A stretch of 64,000 nt of DNA, from contig CALXVQ010000002.1 in NCBI GenBank assembly GCA_944392135.1, positions 49,825-113,824 of the forward strand. Reading direction: 5' to 3'. The translations under genes and the position numbers were made by a program. The stretch is from an uncultured Rickettsiales bacterium (lineage in GTDB: Bacteria > Pseudomonadota > Alphaproteobacteria > Rickettsiales > UBA1997). Shown here piece after piece: positions 10,558 to 21,300 of the stretch (position 1 is the stretch's first letter; each line of letters begins with the position of its first letter). Under the pieces are notes generated by a model. The model did no database searches. It saw nothing but the letters and a program-made list of their open reading frames with translations, and was not told where the DNA came from.

Positions 10558-11034
10558 ATGCTAAAATATGCAAAGATAATAAACAAAAAAACAAAACAAT
10601 GTCAAGTCGGCATTGGGACAGATGCAGAATACTATAAATCAATAAACTTCAAAGAGCTTGATGTTGAAAAAAGCTATGATGGAAATTGGTATCTAAAAGG
10701 CCATGCACCACATAAACCAATTGAAGAAGAATTGGAAGAATTAAAAGAAAATAAGAAAAAAGAACTAAAACAGGCAAGAGACAGCTATTTAAAACTTAAA
10801 AACTACAACCTAAGTGAAAATGATAAATTCAATATAATAAATTTATTAAATGATTATACCGAAGAAGACAGAAACAAATATGTTGAATTCCTTAAAAACG
10901 ATTTGATACCAAAATACAATAATTTTGATCGTCAAATAAACGAAGCCGATATTAATAGCATTGAAGAATTAAAAAAATTAGGATTTGACTTTATTGAAGA
11001 AATGGATTCTGAAGAAACAGATTCTAAAAACTAG
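10558..11034 (+). CDS. probable tail fibre assembly/chaperone protein
   Basis: DVEKSYDGNWYLKGHAP motif plus coiled coil; follows the tail fibre gene. Confidence 0.65.
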   Translation: MLKYAKIINKKTKQCQVGIGTDAEYYKSINFKELDVEKSYDGNWYLKGHAPHKPIEEELEELKENKKKELKQARDSYLKLKNYNLSENDKFNIINLLNDYTEEDRNKYVEFLKNDLIPKYNNFDRQINEADINSIEELKKLGFDFIEEMDSEETDSKN

Positions 11035-11050
11035 AAGACCAACCATTAAT

Positions 11051-11672
11051 TAGCAACTATCAACTATCAATTAGCAACTATCAACTAAAACCATGACCAA
11101 AACATTTGAAAAATATGAAAACCTCATATCAAGATTAGAAAATAAACTTGATGACAATATAGCAGCTACAAACGAAAGCATAAAATCAACCAATGAGAAA
11201 ATAGATAAAATTCTTGAAATACTCAATGAAAATCAAAGGGAACTAAACCGCCAGCACCATGATTTATATGGAAATGGAAAGAAAGGATTATTTGATGCAG
11301 TTGAAGAATTAAAGAATAATATAAATCAAAGAATATTGTCTATAAAAAAAGATGTAGACAATAATTCAAAACATATATGGAGCTATAGAGTTTTAGCAAT
11401 TTTTATAGCTTCAATATATCCAATAATTGAAATGGTTAAAAAGTTGATAGTTGATAGTTGACAATTGATAGTTAATTTAATTTTTTATAAAGTTTTAAAA
11501 TTATAAATTTTAAAACAAAAAATTAAAATTACTAAAATAAAAAAGTAAAAAAATAAAAAAAATAAAATAAAAAAATAATTGTCCGTAGGACATAATATAG
11601 AATTGTCAATTGTCCTTTGTCAATTGTCAATTATTAACTATCAACTATCAATTATCAACTATCAACTTTAAC
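11051..11672. repeat. heptamer arrays in opposing orientations around gene 11093-11461, with GTCC-GTA-GGAC mini-hairpin (11581-11591)
   Basis: caactat units at 11051-11087 and 11636-11672; atagttg units at 11441-11474; caattgt units at 11601-11631. Confidence 0.65.
11093..11461 (+). CDS. coiled-coil protein with C-terminal TM helix (lysis-region, XhlA/holin-accessory-like)
   Basis: Coiled coil, DLYGNGKKGL, single C-terminal hydrophobic helix. Confidence 0.5.
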   Translation: MTKTFEKYENLISRLENKLDDNIAATNESIKSTNEKIDKILEILNENQRELNRQHHDLYGNGKKGLFDAVEELKNNINQRILSIKKDVDNNSKHIWSYRVLAIFIASIYPIIEMVKKLIVDS

Positions 11673-11673
11673 T

Positions 11674-11901
11674 ATGTCAGTAGGATTATTCAAAGACACA
11701 GACGGCAGTATATCAAGCAGAATAGTGGCACTATTTGTAGTTATGGTATTTGATCTAATCATAATAGCATTAAGTACAATACTGCAAAAGGATATACCAA
11801 ACAATGCAAGCAATATATTGATTACAATAACCACATCTTGCATACCAGTGGCATTGGCAAGCCAGACCTATCAAAATATCAAAGAAAAAACTAAGGAGTA
11901 A
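11674..11901 (+). CDS. probable holin (2 TM)
   Basis: 75 aa, two hydrophobic helices, charged C-terminus, lysis context. Confidence 0.65.
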   Translation: MSVGLFKDTDGSISSRIVALFVVMVFDLIIIALSTILQKDIPNNASNILITITTSCIPVALASQTYQNIKEKTKE

Positions 11902-11904
11902 AAA

Positions 11905-12126
11905 ATGACAACAACAATTTGCATCTATTTAATAGCAAGTGCAGTTATAGCAATAACAAGCTATATATTAGGTTATACAAAAGGCAAACATTCCAAAGAG
12001 ATTGAAGTAATAAAAAATAACAACAATCTAAAAAGAAAATATGCAAACAATAGAAAATATAATAAAAAAGACTATATTAATAATTCTAATAGTCTTTCTA
12101 ACAAACTGCAGAACAACAAATATTAG
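11905..12126 (+). CDS. probable inner-membrane spanin (Rz-like)
   Basis: N-terminal TM helix then basic coiled coil; overlaps a lipoprotein gene in another frame. Confidence 0.6.
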   Translation: MTTTICIYLIASAVIAITSYILGYTKGKHSKEIEVIKNNNNLKRKYANNRKYNKKDYINNSNSLSNKLQNNKY

Positions 12127-12277
12127 CACAGCCTGTCCCGATATTCCGTTTTATAGCCAAGAAGAGCAATTGGAATTGGACAGAATCAGAAAGGAAGCAA
12201 ACAGCATGCTGCTTGATAAGGTTTTAATTGATTATGGAAACCTACGGGAAGATTTAAGAGAATGCAATAAAGAGTGA
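12041..12277 (+). CDS. probable outer-membrane spanin lipoprotein (Rz1-like)
   Basis: Signal peptide ending LTNC; ACP motif; overlaps preceding gene by 86 nt. Confidence 0.65.
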   Translation: MQTIENIIKKTILIILIVFLTNCRTTNISTACPDIPFYSQEEQLELDRIRKEANSMLLDKVLIDYGNLREDLRECNKE

Positions 12278-12295
12278 GAAATAACTAAAATAGTT

Positions 12296-12390
12296 AGGAA
12301 GAATATAAAGGTATAGAAATATAGCAATATAGGAATATAGGAACATAGAAGCATAAGAATATAGGAACATAAGAATATAGGATAGCATAT
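12296..12390. repeat. degenerate octamer tandem repeat (ATAGGAAT-like)
   Basis: atagaaat atagcaat ataggaat ataggaac atagaagc ataagaat ataggaac ataagaat. Confidence 0.7.
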
Positions 12391-12457
12391 AAACAAAAAA
12401 AGTGCTATATATAATATTGTATTATTATTTATAGCACCATAAAAAACTATACAGCAC

Positions 12458-12670
12458 TTATTCCATAAAAATAATATTGCTATTATCGCCTACCACTTTT
12501 AATAGATGATTGTAGTTGCCAGATTTAGCATCTTTTAGAAGCTTATCAATTTTTTTATTGGAAACTTTAGAATCCTTTAAATACTGTCTAAAAAGAGCTA
12601 AAATGTAGAAAGCATTTCCCTGCGGAGATTTAATGTCAACTACAATAGGTTCATTTATATTTTTAGTCAT
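12458..12670 (-). CDS. small conserved phage hypothetical protein (GNAF...SGxYxxLL family)
   Basis: SPQGNAFYIL and AKSGNYNHLLKVV motifs; AAGGTGA RBS; own promoter repeat. Confidence 0.75.
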   Translation of the reverse strand: MTKNINEPIVVDIKSPQGNAFYILALFRQYLKDSKVSNKKIDKLLKDAKSGNYNHLLKVVGDNSNIIFME

Positions 12671-12720
12671 TTTATTATCACCTTTACTTTTTATTAATAA
12701 TTTAAAAATACTTAATCTAA

Positions 12721-12803
12721 TTTAAACACCAACGAGATATTGAAACATATACCTCTAAGGTGTTTGTAGTATAACTTCAAAGGTTTCATTAGTCCAGTTA
12801 TTT
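12721..12803 (-). promoter_or_regulatory. repeat copy 1: sigma70-type promoter plus 5' hairpin
   Basis: TGGACT (12796-12791)-17 nt-TATACT (12773-12768), then AAACACC...GGTGTTT stem. Confidence 0.8.
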
Positions 12804-12896
12804 ATTGGATTAATCTTATACTTTTTAGAATTTTTTATTTGTTTTATTAATCTACATTAATTTAATTACTCATTAACAATCTTATAGGAGAAACTC

Positions 12897-13283
12897 ATGT
12901 TTAAATTCAGCACAAGATCAATACAACTGCTAAATACAGTTGATAAAAGATTGGGAATATTGGCAAATGAAGTATTAAAGATCAGCAAAGTTGACTTCGG
13001 AATAACAGAAGGATGGAGAAGCCAAGAACAGCAATTGAAATATTATAATCAAGGAACAAGCCAGTGCGATGGAATAAACAAAATAAGCAAACACCAAAAA
13101 GGAAAAGCAATAGATATAATATGCTATGACCCAAAGACAAACAAGCCAACCTATGATAAAAAAGAATTATATTATTATGTGGCAGGATTATTTGAAGGCA
13201 AAGCACGGGAACTTGAAATAGATATACAATGGGGCGGATGGTGGAGTTTGGAAGACTGCCCGCATTTTGAGTTGAAAGAATAG
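12897..13283 (+). CDS. endolysin, M15-family (L-Ala-D-Glu) peptidase
   Basis: EGWRS, SKH...AID and WGGWW..EDCPHFEL zinc-peptidase motifs; GGAG RBS. Confidence 0.92.
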   Translation: MFKFSTRSIQLLNTVDKRLGILANEVLKISKVDFGITEGWRSQEQQLKYYNQGTSQCDGINKISKHQKGKAIDIICYDPKTNKPTYDKKELYYYVAGLFEGKARELEIDIQWGGWWSLEDCPHFELKE

Positions 13284-13364
13284 GAAAAAGAATGAGAAAA
13301 AATAAAAAGAATAAAAAGAATAAAAAGAGAAAAAGAAATACAAAAAATAAAGATTTAAAAAATA

Positions 13365-13388
13365 AATGGGTCATATTAAAGACCCATT
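13365..13388. terminator. hairpin between convergent genes (probable terminator)
   Basis: AATGGGTC-8 nt-GACCCATT, A-rich on the left (U-rich on minus strand). Confidence 0.6.
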
Positions 13389-13408
13389 AACCTATATTTT
13401 AAATTGAT

Positions 13409-13660
13409 TTATTTATTTAAGTTATAAAGCAAAGTATCAATAGCCTCTTCAAGACTATCAAATAAATCTCCTTTTAAATTGTAACAAACACTAATAGAAC
13501 CATTATAGCTTCTAGAAACCATTTCTCTTATTATTCCAATAACTTCATTATCCTTTAATACTTCCATATCCTGTGATTTTATAGAATTGTCTTTAATTCT
13601 AACAATGCAATCACAGACATCATATTCATAAAATTTGTTTTCTTTATTATTATTTAACAT
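13409..13660 (-). CDS. hypothetical protein (83 aa)
   Basis: AGGTGA RBS and own copy of the promoter repeat. Confidence 0.65.
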   Translation of the reverse strand: MLNNNKENKFYEYDVCDCIVRIKDNSIKSQDMEVLKDNEVIGIIREMVSRSYNGSISVCYNLKGDLFDSLEEAIDTLLYNLNK

Positions 13661-13687
13661 TTTTTCACCTGATAATTATTATTAATT

Positions 13688-13770
13688 AAAAACACCTGCA
13701 AGACATTGATATTTATATCTCTAAGGTGTTTGCAGTATAGCTTCAAAGGTTTCATTAGTCCAGTTATTTC
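13688..13770 (-). promoter_or_regulatory. repeat copy 2: sigma70-type promoter plus 5' hairpin
   Basis: TGGACT (13762-13757)-17 nt-TATACT (13739-13734), same hairpin with G-U substitutions. Confidence 0.8.
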
Positions 13771-13805
13771 TATAACTTATTTAAGATTCTTTGGATATTT
13801 ATTTT

Positions 13806-13839
13806 TTAATGGGAACATCAAACTAGATATTCCCATTAA
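13806..13839 (-). terminator. 3' hairpin of the DUF3489 gene
   Basis: UUAAUGGGAAUAUC-loop-GAUGUUCCCAUUAA on minus strand; no clear U-tract. Confidence 0.45.
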
Positions 13840-13868
13840 TGTAAATTATAATTATATACTATTATATA

Positions 13869-14579
13869 TTATAAATTATTATCATCTTTATTATCGTCTT
13901 TATTATTATCTTTTTTACTGAACATATCATCTATTTTAAACAATGATATTAATGTATCATTTAAATCAAATTCACAATCCCTAATAAAATATCTAGTTTC
14001 TTTTTTAAAAGCCTTAGAACCATCATCTTTATTAAAAGCAGGCTTTGAAACATCAATGGTCAACAGACAAAATTCAAGTTCCTTTTGCATATTGGACATT
14101 ACCCCTCTTATTGATGCCCTTTTCCAACCAAGCTCTTTTTCTAATTCATCAAGAGTTGCACCTTCCGATCTTGACAGCATATCAAACAAAACAGAATTCT
14201 TTTTTACTTTCTTTTCTGGTTTAGCTTCTGCTTTACTTTCTTCTTTATCATCTTTTTTATCATCTTCTTTATTCTCTTCTTTATTTTCTTCTTTGCTATC
14301 TTCTTTTTTATTATCTTCAGAGAAATCTACATCAGCATCATCATTTAATTCAGTATCATTTAAAGTTGAATCGTTATCATCATTATCATCACCCAAAAAT
14401 TCACTACCGCACTCTTCAAGATAAGTTTCCATTTCTTCCTCATCAATATCATCATCTTCATTCTCAATATTAACATTTGAATTGATAGTCTTATTATTTT
14501 CTTCAACTTCTTTTAAATTAATTACTTCTTCATTATTGTTAATTTTTTCTAACATTTTTGAAAATTTGCTTCTAGCCAT
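13869..14579 (-). CDS. DUF3489-like winged-helix protein with long acidic N-terminal region
   Basis: MLSRSEGATLDELEKELGWKRASIRGVMS matches the DUF3489 motif. Confidence 0.8.
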   Translation of the reverse strand: MARSKFSKMLEKINNNEEVINLKEVEENNKTINSNVNIENEDDDIDEEEMETYLEECGSEFLGDDNDDNDSTLNDTELNDDADVDFSEDNKKEDSKEENKEENKEDDKKDDKEESKAEAKPEKKVKKNSVLFDMLSRSEGATLDELEKELGWKRASIRGVMSNMQKELEFCLLTIDVSKPAFNKDDGSKAFKKETRYFIRDCEFDLNDTLISLFKIDDMFSKKDNNKDDNKDDNNL

Positions 14580-14617
14580 TTTATTTACCTTTTTTTATTA
14601 ATAATTAAAATTTATAA

Positions 14618-14700
14618 TTTAAACACCAACGAGATATTGATATATCTATCTCTAAGGTGTTTGTAGTATAACTTCAAAGGTTTCATTAGTCCAGTTATTT
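14618..14700 (-). promoter_or_regulatory. repeat copy 3: sigma70-type promoter plus 5' hairpin
   Basis: TGGACT (14693-14688)-17 nt-TATACT (14670-14665), hairpin AAACACC-TTA-GAGATA...TATCTC-GTT-GGTGTTT. Confidence 0.8.
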
Positions 14701-14982
14701 CTTGCTTTTATTTCGCTTTTTATCCGATTTTTATATATCCAACAAACTCAATGTTTTAAAAGGATGGACGAATTATTTAGAAAAAAAGTATAAAAAAATT
14801 AAAAAAATAAAACAAAAATAGAATAAGAAATAAAATAAAAATAAGAGAAAAATAGAAAAAAATACAGCAAAAAACAATAAAATAAATATAGGAATATAAG
14901 TCAACAATATAAAAAACACAATAAAATATAATAAAAAAAATAAATCATAAAATATAAAAACATTTTAAAAAATAAAATTTAG

Positions 14983-15011
14983 TTGACTTTATAGGCAATA
15001 ATTGTTAAACT
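14983..15011 (+). promoter_or_regulatory. sigma70-type promoter upstream of cdiA
   Basis: TTGACT-17 nt-TAAACT. Confidence 0.6.
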
Positions 15012-15049
15012 TTAGGATGAATAACTATTAAAAGAACCCATAGTTATTT

Positions 15050-15310
15050 GAGGTGTAACGACCTTATTGCAGACGGTTCATAATATTTTGAGATTTATTA
15101 TATATGTATATATTTATATTAAGGTACATAAATAAAATAATATTCAAAACCGATAAAAATAACAAAGGTTTTTATTGCTGTTCTCACAGTGATAGAACCG
15201 GAGAGTGTGGCCATGTCCAGAACTCCGGTTTAATTACCTATTGTTTAAAATCCACTGACTGTTCTGCAACAGTATCGTTAACCTCCGGTTCACAGGGTTC
15301 TGAACCTTTT
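15050..15310 (+). promoter_or_regulatory. structured 5' leader of cdiA (candidate attenuator/riboswitch)
   Basis: GC-richer than flanks; AACCGGAG can pair with two CTCCGGTT copies; GGTTCA/TGAACC hairpin followed by T4. Confidence 0.45.
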
Positions 15311-15323
15311 GAGATATTATAAA

Positions 15324-18300
15324 ATGAACATTATAAAAGACAATCAACAGAATAACCAACAGAATAATAAAAATACTAATAAACATACCAATAAACTTAC
15401 AATATTTAAGCTTATAGAATCTTTGAAAACTTTTTTATCAAAAAATTGTATTTTTCTTGCATTTAACAAAAATTTAATATATCATATAATATATGTCTTT
15501 TTAGTTTTTACATCTATAATGCAAATATTTATTTTTAAATATTTTATATTTTTTTGTACAAAATTAAAGCATATTTTTAGTAAATATGTCTTTAGTAGAT
15601 ATATATTTAATAAAGGTAGATTTAATAAGTATCTTATTCTTTTAAAATCTTTTGGTTTTATTAACTTTTTAAATTCTAAAAAACTACTCTTAACAATTCT
15701 TTCCTATATCATAATATACTCCCAAATAACATTCTCCTTCATTATAACTCAATCAGTAGCCCAATCCATTATCTCAATAATATCTATAAAAAGAGCATAC
15801 GCCTTTAATGAGATAGTTCCCCCTCAAAACCTTCAAGATAACCCCATAAACCATATAACTCCCGATAACTCAATCAATATTCCCGGAACCAATAGCAACA
15901 CACACCTTGACCGTACTCAAAACGGCACTCCCGTTGTAAACATAAACAATGCTAATGCTGATGGTATAAGTGCAAACTACTATAAAGACTTTAATGTAAA
16001 TGAACAGAACCTTATATTAAACAATCATAAGGGTGAAAGTGTAAATACCCAATTAGGTGGAGTAGTATATGGCAACCCAAACTTCAATAATTCTAATGGA
16101 AGAGAAGCTGATATAATCCTAAATGAAGTTACCACAAACAGAGTATTCAATATAAATGGCTATATGGAAGTAGCAGGCAAGAGAGCGGATGTAATAATAG
16201 CAAATCCAAATGGTATTATGGTAGGTGGTGCAGGATTTATAAATACCAATAGATTAAGCATGATTACTGGAAAGTCTATTGATGGAACAACCAACTCATC
16301 CTTTAACCAAAACGGAGAACTAAACCCTTTCCTTCTCACCGACACCAACAAAAACCCCAACGCCATAATACAGGTAGTGGGTAGAAATATAACAGACAGT
16401 CAAGGAAGAAATATAGCCTATAATCTAGGTATAGATGCACAGGATGTTAGATATGCAGACCTTGTAAGTAGAGTAGTAAAGATAAATGGAAATATACACG
16501 GTGGAGATGGAAAGAACAATAAAAACAACATATCAACAGAAGTAAATATTAAAACTGGAAATGACAGAGCAGAATATAATAAAAAAGATGGTTTTAAAAT
16601 AAACAGTAGAGAAACCAAAGACCAATCTAAAAACACCATAAATGACCCACAGGATACAGATAGTACAGAAGAAGCCACTAAACCCGAATTCGCCATAGAC
16701 TCCACAGCCTTTGGCGGTATCTATGCAGGCAGAATCAACTTCATAGCCACAGAAGAAGGAGTTGGAGTTAGAACTAGAAGCGACCTTGTAGCAAGCACCG
16801 ATGATTTAAACTTTGATGTAAATGGAAATATTATACTTGAAGAAGAAGGGAGTTTGTATGCAAAGAACAATATAAACCTAAATAATAAAAACAATAATAG
16901 CAGTGAATCCAACAACCAGAACACCAACAGACAAATAGTAAATAACTCCTACATAGTTTCAGAAAATAACATAAATATAAACACAAATGAATTTATAAAT
17001 AGCGATGCAAATGCAAACACGAATCCCAACATCAAAAAACCATTAGTCTTTGCTGCAAACAATATAAATATTCAAGCGGACATAGCGGATAACTCAAATA
17101 CATTGATTGAAACAAACACAAACAACAATGAAACAGATATAAACAACAATAAAACAGACACAAACAACAATAATAATAACAACAGCAATTACTCCGGCAT
17201 AATCAGCAACAATGGAACAATAAATTTAAACATATCAAATACATTGAATAATAACAATGGAAATATACTTGGTAAAAATGTAAATATAAAATATATCTCA
17301 CCCATAGATAAAAAAAGCACTGCCCAACAGCAATTTCAAATTCAAACCAAATCACAAACTCAAAAATTATCAGATAAATCAATAAACCAAACAATAGTTC
17401 AATCAACAACCCAAACAGCAGACCAAACCACAGCACCATCTCTTCCAATATCAAATTATGGTGGAAACATTGTGAGTAATGATGATATAACAATAGATAT
17501 ATTGGCAGATTACATTATAACAGGAACAATATTCTCAAAGAATGGCAATGTAGACATAAATGCAAAGGATATAATAAACCTAAGTGATGTAATAGGTGGA
17601 AATAATATAACATTCACGTCCAACAATGGAAACATCTACAACGGAAGTGAAACAAATTCAAATGCAAATATAATTGCAATGAATGATGTAATATTTAATA
17701 TATTGAAGCAAGAAAATGATACTGGCAATCTCTACAACTACGGCAAAATCTCAGCAGGAAACAACATAGAAATAAATGCAGAAGACAGTGTCTATAATGG
17801 TCTAGCTACTGGAAGCAATGCAACCATCACAGCCAACAACAGCCTAACCATTACCGCAAACAACAGAATAATAAACAAAGGCTATATTCAAGCAACAGGA
17901 CTTACAGACCAAACCACAAGCAAAAAAATAGATGGAACGGGTAATTTAACATTAACCACAAAGGCAGAGATAAATAGTGATTATGAGCTAGGAAATAATA
18001 CTGCCAATGCAAATGCAAATACAAACACTAACCTTGATGATCTAAATAATAAAATCAACGGCAATGAAGATAAAACCCTATCGCCAGAAGTTCAATCTAA
18101 ATTTGACAATCTAAATAGTATAACCGATACAAATGAGCTATATGATCTAATACCACAGCTTAAAACAGAAGAACAATATTATCTTGTTAAAAACAGAATA
18201 CGAATATTAGCAATTAAAGAAACCCTAAATGATCTTGATGAACTTTATACATTTAATGAAGAGGACTGGAAAGATAAATCAGATGAAGAAATAAAAGAAC

Positions 18301-21300
18301 AGCTTCAAGGAATCTTTGGCAATAATTATGATGAAGAATTAGATAACAGTATAAATGGTGCATACAGCAATTATTTATCTCAAAGGGAAACAGAAATTGA
18401 TAATTTAATTGAACAACAGCTCATCAGAAAGCAAGAGGCAGAAGATAATAGCGAAGAATTTAATGAAACCCTATTGGACAAAAACAAACTAATGGCAGAA
18501 GCAGAGACAGAAGCCAATGCAAAGAAATTAGAAAAAATAAAAGATGAAATGGATTCTGAAAAGTCTAAGGTAAATAGATATCTAACCGACCTAAACAATA
18601 GCAACTGGGATTCCCTAACCAATGGACAGATTAATGAGAACCTTCAGGATATACTAAACAACAACTACATTGCTCAAAACTGGTCCATACCAGAATATCA
18701 AGCTGTTGATAATATAACACCTATTACAAACGAATATCTAGGAAGCTTAAGAATAAATGATAAAGACCTAAACGACCAAAATAAAAAAAATAAAATGGAG
18801 CAAACCGGTATACACAACTATGGAAGAATCTATTCAAATAACGATATGGAATTAAATTCAAATAGTGTACTCCATAATAATAAAGGAGCATTGATATATT
18901 CAAACAACAACATAAATTTCAACATAAACAAAGTTCTTTTTAACAACGAGAATGCACTAGGACAGGGAATATTCGCAAACAATGATATTAACATAAGAGG
19001 CTATTGTGATAAAAATGATACAGCATGCCAAACCAACATAGATAAATACAGCCAACACCCCTCCCTTGAAAAGCTGATAAACTATGATGGAAGAATAGAG
19101 GCAAATAACAATATAGACATAAAAAGCAATGAAGTAATAAACTATGGAAGCGACAGCATAGATTTAAGCAAAGTTGATACGGAAATCAAACCCATATACG
19201 ACTATTACTACACAACAAAAAGTGGATTCAGAACAAAAAAAACCTACATAACCAAAGAAGAATACGAAAGCAGAATAGCAAGTGGAAACAACAAAGATAA
19301 TTACGGCAGAACAATCACACTCGGCAAAACTTTCAAATGGTATGGAGTAGAAGAAACACCAGAGCTATTGCAGGCATATGGAACAAACTATAACTTCATT
19401 CAAAATGCAGGGCTATACCAGACAGTTCTAAAAGCCTACGACACCGCCTACTCAAAGGTTATATCAAATGAATCTGTTATACAAAGCAACAATGGAAACA
19501 TAAACATAAAAGCAAACAATACCACAAACTACAACACTGTATTATTCTCAAAGAATGATATGGCGATAGATACTAAAAACCTTCTAAACAAAAACCTAGA
19601 ATTCAATGTAAATGCAAACCAGTACTACCAATACCACGGCAAGAAAAAAAAATGGACAGGCCATGCAAAGGAATACTATGATGAATGGACTAGCCATGTA
19701 GTTTTAAACATAAAAGGCAGTAAAACAGCAAAGATACTGGCAGGAAATGATTTAGTAATATCAGCCAATGCAATAGGCAATGGGACAGCACAATCAAATT
19801 CAGACTATTCAAATAATTCAAATAGATTACCCTACACCCAACAGACAACACCACAAACCACAATTGAGGACCTGCTATCCAGCGGCATACTAAACCCGCT
19901 TGACAGCACACAGCTCCCACAGGGCAACTACGGCATATTCAGACAACCGCAGAACCCAAACTCAAATTATCTATTTGAAACAGATCCCACACTAATTGAT
20001 ACAAACAGGTTTTTAGGAAGTAAATACTTCATGAACAGACTAGGACTAGATCCAGACACAATAGATTTAAAATTTCTAGGCGACAGTTATTTTGAACACG
20101 AACTCATCAGAAAAGCCATAGAACAGCAAAGCCTATCAACAAACACCCATTTAGACCCACAACAAATAAAACAGCAAATAGACAACCTCTACAACTCTAT
20201 GACACAGGAAAAGGCACAACAGCTAAACCTAACCATAGGAGAACCACTAACAGAACAGCAAAGAGCACAGCTTACAGAAGACACCATATGGTATGTCAAA
20301 CAGGAAGTACAACTACCAAACGGCGAAACCATAGAATCATTAGTTCCACAAATATTCTATTGCAACACAACACTTGCAAGACTAGAACAAGAAAGAATAT
20401 TGAACACAGCGGGAAGCATGCTTGCCGGCACAAATGTAATATTACAAACAAAGCCAAACAGCACAGACAACATAAACAATACAGACAACACAGACGACAC
20501 CATCTTCAACACCATCCTATCCAACAGCGGCACCATAACCGCCAAAAACACATTAGCCATAACAGGCTTTGACACTATATCCAACGTAACCTCATCCATA
20601 AGAAACGATGACATAAACTCACTGTCACAGGACAAATTCAACAACCAAGCCACTCTAACTGCTGGAAATACACTTATTATAGACACAGGAGTTAATGGAA
20701 CTGTAAATAATTTGAGTGGGATGATTGCACTCAACAACACGAATGACAACACTTCATCAACCCAAAACAGTTTATACGACAATCTTCTTTATATAAACAC
20801 CGGGACATTAAACAACATAACATTATCTCAACAGGAAACAGTAGAAAAGCAAACCCACAGCAAAAAGAACGATTACGAATTCAGCAAAACCTCAACCTAT
20901 ATTGGAGACACAGCTGCAATACAATCAAGCAACAACAATTCAAATATAATAATAAATGCCAATGAGGACATAAACATACTAGGGGGAGACATAAAAACAA
21001 CAATAAAAGAACAAGACAACTCCAACATAGTCCTAAATGCAGGCAACAACATCAACATAGCTGCAATACAGGACTATGAATACCAAAGACAATACATGAG
21101 GCGAAAAGGTGGAACATTTGGCGAAACCTTAACCAAAGAGAACATAGACCAATCAGTTACCAATATACAATCCAATATATCAGCAGGAAACAATCTATCC
21201 ATAGCCACAGGAAATGATCTTAACTCCATAGGAACTAACTTTACTGCAAACAATGGAGATATAGATCTAAATATAAAAAATGATTTAAATCTTTATAATG

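Noticed and set aside
12296-12390. Octamer array as replication iterons
   Set aside because: Short, degenerate units and no replication initiator nearby; likely slippage
1-13283. Tailocin rather than prophage
   Set aside because: Linked integrase, DUF2924 and DUF3489 favour a prophage; head genes may lie left of the window, so not fully excluded
12721-14700. Three ~83-bp repeats as a CRISPR array or att sites
   Set aside because: Spaced about 1 kb apart by whole genes, contain promoter boxes, no cas genes
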